A DNA stretch of 64,000 nucleotides from Candidatus Bathyarchaeota archaeon (GTDB taxonomy: Archaea; Thermoproteota; Bathyarchaeia; Bathyarchaeales; Bathycorpusculaceae), in assembly GCA_963832745.1 (NCBI GenBank), contig CAWHVC010000003.1, forward strand, positions 256,001-320,000, written 5' to 3'. The notes beneath the pieces were generated by a model. The model searched no databases. It saw nothing but the letters and a program-made list of their open reading frames with translations, and was not told where the DNA came from. Both the position numbers and the translations under genes were made by a program. This document shows positions 18,090 to 27,304 of the stretch, piece after piece. Within the stretch, counting starts at the first letter, position 1; every line of letters begins with the position of its first letter.

Positions 18090-19615
18090 TGTTTCTTGAC
18101 CTGATTACGATTCTTTAGTAGGCACTTGTTTATACCGTTTATCATAGCTTCCACGGACGCCATTACGATGTCTTCACGGGCTGCACGGGCGGATACGATG
18201 TTTCCTTTTTCGTCTTCAACTTTTATGATTACTTCAGCCACTGCGTTAGATCCACCAGTGATTGCTTCGAGACGATATTCGCTTAGCTTTATTTTTTCAA
18301 GGTTGCTTGTTAGCTTCTGTATGGCTTTTAGGACGGCGTCTACTGGGCCTACGCCGGTTTCTGCTGCCACGTACTCTTTGCCGTCCAAGGTTAAGCGTAC
18401 GGAAGCGGTTGGGATAACTTTGATGCCGGTTACGACGGCCATGTCGCATAGGTCAACAATTTTTTCTTCACCGAGGACCTCACCCATAACTGCTGAGGTT
18501 AAAGCGATTAAGTCAGCGTCGGTTACCATTTTGCCTTTGTCACCGAGTTCTTTGACGCGTTGCACGATTTCGGTTAATTGTTGCTCGGTTGGGTGGATGC
18601 CAATTTCGTTTAGTTCTGCTTGGATGCCTCTTGTGCCTGCCAGTTTGCCTGCGACGAGTTTGCGGGTTCTTCCGACTAGTTCGGGGCTGATTGGTTCAAA
18701 CGTTAAGGGCTGCTCTGTGACGCCGCGGGTGTGGATGCCTGATTCGTGGGCAAACGCGTTTTCTCCAACAATTGCTTTGTTTACTTGTACTGAGACGCCG
18801 CTTAATGATGCAACCATCCTAGATGTGCTGTACAGTAAACGCGTGTTTACGTTTGTTTTGTACCCGTAAACCACATGCAAGGTTGTTACTACTTCTTCGA
18901 GCGCCGCGTTGCCTGCACGTTCACCGAGCCCGTTGACGGCGACGTGAACTTGGTCTGCGCCTGCTTCAACTGCTGCAAGGCTGTTGGCAACTGCTAAACC
19001 AAAGTCGTTGTGACAGTGAGCGCTAATTGGAACCTTAATGTAACTCTTTAGCTCCTTGAAAAACTCAAAAGTTGTTCTGGGTATCATGCAGCCGACTGTA
19101 TCTGGCGTGTTTAGGCTGTCCATTCCTGCATCTTGGGCTGCCAAGCAGATTTGACGTAGAAAAGACGCTTCGGTGCGGGTGGCATCCATGGGTGAGAATT
19201 CACATTTTACGCCATGCTTCTTAACGTACTGGATTGAATCAACTGCCGCAGATAGGACTTGTTCCGGAGTCATGTTTACAGCGTGTTTCATCTGCACTGG
19301 TGAAGTTGGGATGAATACGTGAATCAAATCTACATTGCATTCTAAGGCGGCGTCGATATCTTTTCTTGTACATCTGGATAAAGCACAAACTTTTGAGTTT
19401 AGGCCTAATTTGGAGATTTCTTTTACGACTTTACGTTCGCCCTCTGAACTACTGGGAAAACCTGCTTCTATAATGTCGACGCCAAGCTTGTTTAGTTGCT
19501 GGGCGATTTCGATTTTATCTTCCAGAGTCAAAGAAACACCGGGGGTTTGTTCCCCGTCACGTAGTGTCGTGTCTAAGATTTTGATAAATCGGGGGTTTTG
19601 AGTCATTGTTTTCAC
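18086..19615 (-). CDS. leuA: 2-isopropylmalate synthase
   Basis: [24 protein letters not shown] and C-terminal regulatory domain; inside the leuCDB operon. Confidence 0.9.
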   Translation of the reverse strand: MKTMTQNPRFIKILDTTLRDGEQTPGVSLTLEDKIEIAQQLNKLGVDIIEAGFPSSSEGERKVVKEISKLGLNSKVCALSRCTRKDIDAALECNVDLIHVFIPTSPVQMKHAVNMTPEQVLSAAVDSIQYVKKHGVKCEFSPMDATRTEASFLRQICLAAQDAGMDSLNTPDTVGCMIPRTTFEFFKELKSYIKVPISAHCHNDFGLAVANSLAAVEAGADQVHVAVNGLGERAGNAALEEVVTTLHVVYGYKTNVNTRLLYSTSRMVASLSGVSVQVNKAIVGENAFAHESGIHTRGVTEQPLTFEPISPELVGRTRKLVAGKLAGTRGIQAELNEIGIHPTEQQLTEIVQRVKELGDKGKMVTDADLIALTSAVMGEVLGEEKIVDLCDMAVVTGIKVIPTASVRLTLDGKEYVAAETGVGPVDAVLKAIQKLTSNLEKIKLSEYRLEAITGGSNAVAEVIIKVEDEKGNIVSARAAREDIVMASVEAMINGINKCLLKNRNQVKKQ

Positions 19616-19619
19616 AAGC

Positions 19620-20645
19620 TTAAGCTTTTAGCGCTGCAGCAATGGCTTGTGCCATCTGCATTGTAGAGGCTTTGCCGCCTAAATCTGGAACGGTAACGCC
19701 GTTAACCAATGTTTGGACTGTAGCGTTTTCTATTGCCGCAGCTGCCTTTAAGCATTTAGAATCATTAAACCGTTCACCCAGCCAATCCAGCATCATCTTT
19801 GCGGACAGTATCATGGATATGGGGTTTGCGATATGCTTACCAGCAATGTCAGGAGCTGAACCATGAATAGGTTCAAACAATGCAAAGTTATCGCCGATGT
19901 TTGCGCCTGGAGCCATGCCCAGACCGCCGATTAACTGCGCTGCCTCGTCACTTAGGATGTCACCGAACATGTTACACGTGCATAGCACGTCGAAGTCTTG
20001 GGGAGTTCGGATAAGGTGCATTGTCGCTGCGTCAACATACATTTCATTGTATTTGATATCTGGATATTTTTCTGCAGTTTCTTGACAGACTTTTTTGAAT
20101 AAGCCGTCGGTTACACGCATGACGTTTGCTTTATGAATTGCTGTTACTTTCTTTTTAGGGCGCAGTCTTGCGGTTTCAAACGCGCGTTTGGCGATGCGTT
20201 CACAGTTTTGCCTTGAAATTACTCGTAAGCACACGGTTACGTCGTTGCCGATTGTGTATTCTAAGCCTTTGTAGACGTCTTCAGTGTTTTCGCGTACGAA
20301 AATCATGTCTATGTCTGGGCGGGCAACTGGCACGTTTGGAAACGCCTTTAATGGGCGCACGTTAGCGTACAAGTCAAACAGCAAGCGTAATCGGACTATA
20401 ACGTCTGCTGCGGTTTCGCCTACTGGACCTTTCAGGCAAGCGTGTGATTCACGAATAACTTTTAGGCTATCCTCTGGCAGGGCGGCACCACGTTTTTTGA
20501 GCACTGCATCGCCTGCTTCAGCTTTGACTAAGTTGAGGTTTACGCCAAAGTTTTCTTGCACTACATCTATTATTTTCAAGGTTGCTTCAGTTAACTCGGG
20601 TCCGATGCCATCGCCGGGCATTAAGGCGATTTTGTATTCGGTCAT
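19620..20645 (-). CDS. leuB: 3-isopropylmalate dehydrogenase
   Basis: PGDGIGPE, RENTED, NMFGDILSD and FEPIHGSAPDIAG. Confidence 0.9.
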   Translation of the reverse strand: MTEYKIALMPGDGIGPELTEATLKIIDVVQENFGVNLNLVKAEAGDAVLKKRGAALPEDSLKVIRESHACLKGPVGETAADVIVRLRLLFDLYANVRPLKAFPNVPVARPDIDMIFVRENTEDVYKGLEYTIGNDVTVCLRVISRQNCERIAKRAFETARLRPKKKVTAIHKANVMRVTDGLFKKVCQETAEKYPDIKYNEMYVDAATMHLIRTPQDFDVLCTCNMFGDILSDEAAQLIGGLGMAPGANIGDNFALFEPIHGSAPDIAGKHIANPISMILSAKMMLDWLGERFNDSKCLKAAAAIENATVQTLVNGVTVPDLGGKASTMQMAQAIAAALKA

Positions 20646-21145
20646 TTCTTGTTCATCCTTTTACGTAAGTTCTCAATTAATCCGCCGTCAGTCAATATTT
20701 CCATGATGAACGGTGGCAAATTAGTGCCCTGCAAACTCTTTTTAGTTGACAGGTTTTCTATTTTGCCTGTTGTCAAATCGACGGAAACCTCATCGCCAGT
20801 TTTTACGGTTTCAGAGATGCCCTTGCATTCAATGACTGGCAAACCAATGTTTATGGCGTTACGGTAGAAGATGCGTGCAAAGGTTTCAGCGATGACACAT
20901 TTTACACCTGAATACTTCAAGGCTAAAGGAGCTTGTTCTCTGCTTGAGCCGCAGCCAAAGTTTTTGCCGCCAATCAGTATGACGCCGCCTTTTGCTTTGT
21001 TAACAAATTCGGTGTCTAAACTTTCCAAGGCGTGTTTGCCTAACTCGTAAGGGTCAACTAGTACCAAGTATTTTCCAGGTAAGATAACGTCGGTGTCAAT
21101 GTTGTTTCCGAATTTTATTGCTGGAGCTTTAATTTTTGAATCCAT
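20642..21145 (-). CDS. leuD: 3-isopropylmalate dehydratase small subunit
   Basis: NIDTDVILP, NFGCGSSREQA and FARIFYRNAINIG. Confidence 0.93.
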   Translation of the reverse strand: MDSKIKAPAIKFGNNIDTDVILPGKYLVLVDPYELGKHALESLDTEFVNKAKGGVILIGGKNFGCGSSREQAPLALKYSGVKCVIAETFARIFYRNAINIGLPVIECKGISETVKTGDEVSVDLTTGKIENLSTKKSLQGTNLPPFIMEILTDGGLIENLRKRMNKK

Positions 21146-22413
21146 TACTGTTTTGCCTCCACTGTTGCTGGGTTGGTGATTTTTCCTGTTAACGCTGAAG
21201 CCGCGACCACTGCTGGTGAAGCTAAGTAAACGTTGGCTTGAGTGCTGCCCATTCTGCCGATGAAGTTGCGGTTGCTGGTGCTAACGCATGTTTCGCCTGC
21301 TGCTAGTAAACCGATGTGTCCACCTAAGCATGGACCACAGGCGGAGCCGCAAACGATTGCGCCTGCTTCAGTAAAGATTTCTGTTAAACCTTCAGCTAAT
21401 GCTTGCTTGTAAACTTCCTGTGAAGCCGGAATAACCAAGGCGCGAACGCCGTCTTTGACTTTTTTGCCCTTCATTACTTGAGCGGCTAAACGTAAGTCTT
21501 CTAGTCTACCATTAGTGCATGAACCAATGAATGCTTGGTCAACTACTACATCGCCAACCTCAGAGATTGGCTTAACATTGTCGACACTTGATGGGCACGC
21601 GATTTGAGGCTCCATTTTTGAAACATCAAAATCCATTGTGCATTCATATTGGGCGTCTTTGTCACTTTTCAGTGTTGCAAAGTCTGGCAAGTTTTTGACT
21701 CGGTTTTGTAGGAACTCTTTGGTTGTTTGGTCAGGTTCGACAATTCCGTTTTTGGCACCCATTTCTACTGCCATGTTACATACAGTCATTCTTCCTGCGA
21801 TGCTCATGGCTTTTATGGTTGGACCAGTGAATTCTGCGCTCTTGTAAATTGCGCCATCAACACCTAACTTGCCTATTATGTTTAGGACTAGGTCTTTTGG
21901 TGTGACGTATTTGGGGAATGTTCCGTTAACTTCGATTTTGATTGCTGAGGGTACTTTGAACCAGATTTTTCCGGTTGTCATTACTGCGGCTGCTTCTGTT
22001 GAGCCGATGCCAGTCGCGAAAGCGCCGAATGCGCCATACGTACATGTGTGTGAGTCTGCGCCGACTATTACTGAGCCAGGCACTACATGACCTTGTTCAG
22101 GCATGACTTGGTGGCAGATACCGCCCCGTCCTACGTCATAGATACGTAGTTTTTGTTCTTTAGCAAATTGACGCATTGTTTTATGAAGTTCAGCTGCTTT
22201 AACAGATTCAGCAGGAATCTGGTGGTCTAGAATGACTACTACTTTTTCGTTGTTCCAAACTTTTTCTGCGCCAATTTTTTTAAACGACTCTACAGCTAAA
22301 GGTCCAGTTAAATCGTGAATCATCAAGACGTCAACGTTTGCGTCCACAATTTCTCCTGGGGCGACAGATTTTTTGCCTGATGCTTTAGCTAAGATTTTTT
22401 CTGTAATATTCAT
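21145..22413 (-). CDS. leuC: 3-isopropylmalate dehydratase large subunit
   Basis: GADSHTCTYG, IGSCTNGR, CGPCLG and STSNRNF. Confidence 0.93.
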   Translation of the reverse strand: MNITEKILAKASGKKSVAPGEIVDANVDVLMIHDLTGPLAVESFKKIGAEKVWNNEKVVVILDHQIPAESVKAAELHKTMRQFAKEQKLRIYDVGRGGICHQVMPEQGHVVPGSVIVGADSHTCTYGAFGAFATGIGSTEAAAVMTTGKIWFKVPSAIKIEVNGTFPKYVTPKDLVLNIIGKLGVDGAIYKSAEFTGPTIKAMSIAGRMTVCNMAVEMGAKNGIVEPDQTTKEFLQNRVKNLPDFATLKSDKDAQYECTMDFDVSKMEPQIACPSSVDNVKPISEVGDVVVDQAFIGSCTNGRLEDLRLAAQVMKGKKVKDGVRALVIPASQEVYKQALAEGLTEIFTEAGAIVCGSACGPCLGGHIGLLAAGETCVSTSNRNFIGRMGSTQANVYLASPAVVAASALTGKITNPATVEAKQ

Positions 22414-22535
22414 GTTTTTTCTTCTCTTAATATTCTATTTTCCACTAAGCAAATGCGTCTTAAGATTAATCCTCTAAGAGACGTCACTAAAATTTTAAAA
22501 AGGGAAAATTAAGCCTTTCCATTCAGTAAACGCTT

Positions 22536-23048
22536 TTACTCGTCGATTCTGATGGATTTAGCGCCTCGAGCTAATGCGGTTATGCCTGTTCTTGCAAGTT
22601 CAAGGACTCCGAAGGTTTTCATCAAGTTTAGAAAGGCATCGATTTTGTCGGGTCCACCAGTAATCTCTATTGTTAAGCTGTCAGTTGAAACATCGATAAT
22701 TCTGCCTCTGAAGACATTAACGAAGTTGATTACGTCAGAGCGTTCCTTGGAATCCATGATTTTGACTTTAATCAGCGCTAGTTCGCGCATGACAAAGTTG
22801 CCTTGTTCGAGTTCCTCAACTTTTAACACATCGATTTGTTTAGCGACCTGTTTGGTTACCTGTTCAAGGGTTTTTTCGTCCTCGTTGACTGTTATGGTCA
22901 TGCGGGCAATGTCTTTTTGCTGTGTTGCACCTACAGTTATGCTTTCAATGTTGAAGTTTCGTCGTCTAAACAAGTTGGCGATGATATGAAGTACACCGGG
23001 CTTGTTTTCGACTAAGACAGATATGACTTTTGTTTTTCCTGCTTCCAT
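22536..23048 (-). CDS. ilvN: Acetolactate synthase small (regulatory) subunit
   Basis: SVLVENKPGVL..LFRRRNFNIESI, RELALIKV and ELARTG. Confidence 0.95.
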   Translation of the reverse strand: MEAGKTKVISVLVENKPGVLHIIANLFRRRNFNIESITVGATQQKDIARMTITVNEDEKTLEQVTKQVAKQIDVLKVEELEQGNFVMRELALIKVKIMDSKERSDVINFVNVFRGRIIDVSTDSLTIEITGGPDKIDAFLNLMKTFGVLELARTGITALARGAKSIRIDE

Positions 23049-24760
23049 TAGTAGTCACCTCTCTGTTGTGGTAATCCACAGCCTGGAGGCACAAATGGAA
23101 CCACATCGGTTTCTGAGCCTATAGGCACATCGATTACCGTTGTAACTTTACTTGACATGGCTGTTTTAACGGCGTTGCGGAACTCGTCAATTGAAGCTGC
23201 ACGGATGCCTTGTGCCCCGTATGCTTCAGCCAACTTGACAAAATCCGTTGTCTTGCCCAAGTTAACAGCGTTGTAGCGTCGGTTATAGAGTGTTCTTTGC
23301 CATTGAGCAACCATACCTAACACGCTATTGTTTAACACTATAACGATTACGGGAATGTCTTCCGTGACGCTGCAGGCTAATTCTTGCTCAGACATGATAA
23401 AGCTGCCATCACCAGCAATGTCGACGACCATGCGGTCGGAACAAGCAACTTTTGCTCCGATAGCTGCAGGGAAACCAAAGCCCATTGTTCCAAGTCCACC
23501 TGAACTGATGAAAGTGCGTGGCTGCAACGTTTGCATGTATAGGGCTGACCACATTTGGTTTTGGCCAACTTCTGTTGTTACTATGCCGCTTTCAGGCAAC
23601 AGTTTACGCAGTTCAGACAGCAAAGCTTTTGGCAGCAAGTCACGCGGCAACTCTTTCATTAAGGGGCTTAACTGTTCCTTGGCTTCCTTGACGCGGTTAG
23701 TCCAGGCTTTGCCTTCGCCTTTCTTTAGCTTCTTAGATGTAGCATTCAGTAGCATTTTCATTGCAGCTTTAGCGTCAGCAACAATAGCTAAGTCAACCTC
23801 AATGTTCTTGTTAATTTCTGCTGGGTCAACATCAATCTGAATTTTTTTAGCGTCCGCTGCAAAAGAGTCCAAGTTGGCGGTTGCACGGTCAGAGAATCTT
23901 GTTCCAATTGCCAGCAAAACGTCGGCTTCACCGATTAACCTGTTAGCGGCTGGGTTGCCATGCATGCCTATGCTTCCTAAAGATAACGGGTGATTCTCTG
24001 GAAATGCGCCTTTACCCATGAAGGTTGTTGCAACAGGCGCCATTAGCAGGTCGGACATTTGCACTATTTCGTCAGATGCGCCTGCCCAGATGACTCCGCC
24101 TCCAACTAGCAAGATTGGGCGTTCTGCTTTTGCTAAGAGTTCGGCGGCTTCGCTGATTTTGGTTGGGTCTGGCGGTTGGGGTAGCCTGTATCCGCGAACG
24201 TTGGGTTTGTTTGTGAATTCAACCTCGGAGATGCCGGCTTGCACGTTTTTGGGCAAGTCAATTAGGACGGGTCCTGGCCTGCCGGTGGTTGCAATGTGGA
24301 AGGCGTTGGTGACCATTTGGGGAATTTCGGAGACGGTGCGTGGTTGGTAATTGTATTTGGTGATGGCTGTGGTGATGCCTAAGATGTCTGCTTCTTGGAA
24401 TGCGTCTCTGCCAATCATGTAGCTTGAGTTGGCGCTGAATGTTGGGATTTGGCCTGTGAGGGCGATGACGGGGCTGGAATCCATGTAAGCGTTTGCGATG
24501 CCTGTTACCAGGTTAGTGGCGCCTGGACCACTGGTTGCCATACATACGCCTGCGCGTCCGCTGGCTCTTGCGTAACCTTCTGCTTCGTGTGCAGCGCATT
24601 GCTCGTGTCGTGCCAGTATGTGTCGGATTTTTTTGTTGCCGCAGAGCGCATCGTATACTGGAAGTATGGCGCCTCCTAAGATTCCAAAGATGGTGTCAAC
24701 ATTTTGACGTTCAAGGGATTCTAAAAGTGCTTGTGCACCAGACATTTTTGGCATGTTCAA
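23048..24760 (-). CDS. ilvB: Acetolactate synthase large subunit
   Basis: RHEQCAAH, TSGPGATN, GRPGPVLID and GDGSF...NN TPP motif. Confidence 0.96.
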   Translation of the reverse strand: MNMPKMSGAQALLESLERQNVDTIFGILGGAILPVYDALCGNKKIRHILARHEQCAAHEAEGYARASGRAGVCMATSGPGATNLVTGIANAYMDSSPVIALTGQIPTFSANSSYMIGRDAFQEADILGITTAITKYNYQPRTVSEIPQMVTNAFHIATTGRPGPVLIDLPKNVQAGISEVEFTNKPNVRGYRLPQPPDPTKISEAAELLAKAERPILLVGGGVIWAGASDEIVQMSDLLMAPVATTFMGKGAFPENHPLSLGSIGMHGNPAANRLIGEADVLLAIGTRFSDRATANLDSFAADAKKIQIDVDPAEINKNIEVDLAIVADAKAAMKMLLNATSKKLKKGEGKAWTNRVKEAKEQLSPLMKELPRDLLPKALLSELRKLLPESGIVTTEVGQNQMWSALYMQTLQPRTFISSGGLGTMGFGFPAAIGAKVACSDRMVVDIAGDGSFIMSEQELACSVTEDIPVIVIVLNNSVLGMVAQWQRTLYNRRYNAVNLGKTTDFVKLAEAYGAQGIRAASIDEFRNAVKTAMSSKVTTVIDVPIGSETDVVPFVPPGCGLPQQRGDY

Positions 24761-24856
24761 TTCTGTCTCCTTTGTTTTGAATTAGCGTTTAGACTGTTGT
24801 CTATGAAAAAATTGTTTGAGAACCGTGTTGCTTGTTTAGAGGTTAACCTAGGAATG

Positions 24857-24907
24857 TTAGAGAATAAGTACCCGTCGATCCCAGCTATTGAGGTGACAAT
24901 CCCTCAT
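24857..24907 (-). CDS. Putative branched-chain amino-acid leader peptide (16 aa, MRDCHLNSWDRRVLIL)
   Basis: ATG 24907 to TAA 24857 with GAGG upstream; last four codons GTA CTT ATT CTC (V-L-I-L); 96 nt upstream of ilvB. Confidence 0.75.
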   Translation of the reverse strand: MRDCHLNSWDRRVLIL

Positions 24908-25051
24908 GTTCTTGCCTCTTTAAAGTTCACGTTAAAATAAAAATACGCAATTGTTCAAATAAAAACCTATCGGTACAGAGGCGTTTTTACAGTAAATTGT
25001 GAATAAACATCATACAAAGCATACAGCCATCTAAGGTTTTTAGGCATGTTT

Positions 25052-25513
25052 TTAGAATGTGCGGTTTCTGAATTCCCGCCTCAGCTTCTCTGAGTCACTT
25101 TCCTCTTCAGCAGCGGGGACTTCTGGTGGGGCGGGTGCCCATTTAATTTGAACTGGCGGTGGCGGCGGTGACGTTTTTTTGGCTGAGAAGTCTTCTGTTT
25201 GGCTTGGCGGGTTTCTGCTTGGCTGGTCTTCTTGGGGTTGTGGCGGCGTTATTTGGTTTTTTGATGTGCCAATGGTGTTTTGGAGTAGTTTGGGTGAAAC
25301 GTAAAGTATTAGCCAAATTATTGAGCCGATGATGAATGTTAAACCTACATAGTAAACAAGTATAACCCATGCTGAGTCATACCCGGAAAAGAGAACATTT
25401 GAAGCTTCAATTATCCAAGCCACAATAATTAGGGCGAAAGCAACAATTATGCATTTAAACCAAGCGTAAAGGTCAAACTGTTTTTTGGCTTTATCAAATG
25501 ACGCTTTAAAGAT
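25052..25513 (-). CDS. Hypothetical two-TM protein with Pro-rich tail; start uncertain (GTG 25423 or non-canonical ATC 25513)
   Basis: Frame is open upstream of the track start and completes the first TM helix; strong GGAGG sits 5 nt before ATC. Confidence 0.6.
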   Translation of the reverse strand: MFKASFDKAKKQFDLYAWFKCIIVAFALIIVAWIIEASNVLFSGYDSAWVILVYYVGLTFIIGSIIWLILYVSPKLLQNTIGTSKNQITPPQPQEDQPSRNPPSQTEDFSAKKTSPPPPPVQIKWAPAPPEVPAAEEESDSEKLRREFRNRTF

Positions 25514-25650
25514 GTCTCCCTCCCCCCTAACAATAGGTATATGGTTGATTAATTTAAAAAACCTAGTGCTTAAAATAGTTAAAAATTTGCAGTTGAACTA
25601 AGAAAACCGTGTTTTTTGTGAAATTCAGGTTTAAGGAAGAATGTGGGGGG

Positions 25651-27184
25651 TTAGGGCTTTTTTGCGCCGTTGCCGTTTCGGTAATCTGTAATTAGCACGT
25701 TCATGCAGCTTAAGACTGCTTCCATGCTGGCTTTGACGATGTCTTCGCGGACTCCCATGGCGGTAACGGTTCGGTTGCCTTTACGCATGTGAACTACGAC
25801 TTCGACCATTGCGTCAGTTCCGCCGGTGATAGCTTTAACGTTGTATTGTTCCAGCGTTATGGGTTCTTTTTCTTTTATGGCGTTCTTAGCCGCGTTTATA
25901 GCTGCGTCAACTGGGCCTACGCCGACTGCTGTTCCCCAAACGTCTTTGCCGTTAACGCATAAGCGAACGGATGCGGTTGCGGTTACTTTGTCGCCGCCCA
26001 CGAAAGTCATTTCTTCCAGCTTAATCGGTTTAACCCCGCCTAAGCCCATGACGTTTTCTGCTATGGCTAAGACGTCGGCGTCCATGACGGTTTTGCCTTT
26101 GTCGCCGAGTTCTTTGATGCGTTGGAAGATTTCTTTGAATTGGTCGTCTGTGGGTTTTAGTCCCATGCTGTCAAGGTCTGCTTTGATTGCGTGTGAACCG
26201 CTGTGTTTGCCGGGTGCGATGCGGCGTGTACAGCCAACGAGTTCGGGAGCGATGGGTTCGTAGGTTAAGGGGTTTGCAAGCATGCCCTGTGTGTGGATGC
26301 CTGATTCGTGTTTGAACGCGTTTTCGCCAACAATTGCCTTGTTGGGCTGGGTGTGTACACCTGTTAAGCGGGCAACGAGTTGGGATGTGCTGTAGAGGAG
26401 TTCAGTTTTGATGCGTAACTCCTGCTGGTAAAGGGTGCGAAGGGTGATTACGATTTCTTCTATGGCGGCGTTTCCTGCACGTTCGCCTAGGCCGTTTATG
26501 GTTCCGTGGGCTTCCTGCGCGCCTGCTCCAAGGGCGGCGATGGTGTTTGCTACTGCCATGCCGAAGTCGTTGTGGCAATGCACGCCAACAGGAACCTTGA
26601 GTGTTTCTGTGAGTTTGGTGAAGAACTCGAAAGAGCGGTCAGGTGTTAAGATGCCTACTGTGTCGCATGGCGTGACTCGGTCTGCTCCGCAAGCTTCGGC
26701 TGCTTGGAAAACTTGGGTCAGGTAGTCAAAGTCTGAGCGTGTTGCGTCTTCGGCGAGCAGGTCAACTTTTAAGCCGTGTGCTTTGGCGTAGCTGACACAG
26801 TCCTCTGTGATTTTGACAACTTGGTCACGGGTCTTGCGCAGTTTACACTCGATATGCAAGTCTGACGTGGGTATTATCATGCACATTGTTTGTGCGCCAC
26901 TTTTGATGACGGCGTCTATGTCGCCTATTGTACCTCTGCCTGCGCTTGCCACTTCTGCTCTTAGGCCCTGCTTGGCAATCAAGCTTACAGCTTCAAGTTC
27001 GCCTTCAGAAACCGCGGCAAACCCAGCCTCAATCACATCCACGCCCAACTCGTCAAGACGCTGAGCTATGCGCAACTTGTTTTCTGGTACAAGAGATACT
27101 CCGGGTGTTTGTTCACCATCACGAAGGGTGGTGTCTAAAAAGTTTATACGCTTAGGGAAGCGGTTGAATAAAGCAATACCCCAT
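25651..27184 (-). CDS. cimA: (R)-citramalate synthase (LeuA paralog); 5' end lacks an in-frame canonical start
   Basis: Frame extends upstream of the track start through [14 protein letters not shown]; [22 protein letters not shown] is CimA-like; ATG 27184 is out of frame by one base. Confidence 0.8.
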
Positions 27185-27232
27185 TTAAAGTCACTCTATG
27201 GTTCACCGTCAAGCACAGATATAAAAATTATG
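27167..27232. repeat. Direct repeat copy 1 (cimA promoter and start region)
   Basis: AATAAAGCAATACCCCATTTAAAGTCACTCTATGGTTCA...GATATAAAAATTATG, repeated at 27997-28063. Confidence 0.9.
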
Positions 27233-27277
27233 GTAGGAGGGTTTTTGTTTGAATTCTGAAAAGGCTTTTAAGATTGG

Positions 27278-27298
27278 TCCCACATGATGTGTGTGGGA
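27278..27298. promoter_or_regulatory. Palindromic operator TCCCACA-N7-TGTGGGA of the TA operon
   Basis: Perfect 7-bp inverted repeat between TTTTAA and the antitoxin ATG. Confidence 0.65.
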
Positions 27299-27304
27299 TA
27301 ACGA

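Noticed and set aside
18126-26263. Long antisense ORFs opposite leuA, ilvB and cimA, and similar shadow ORFs throughout the track
   Set aside because: They mirror conserved sense genes codon for codon and show no independent protein features
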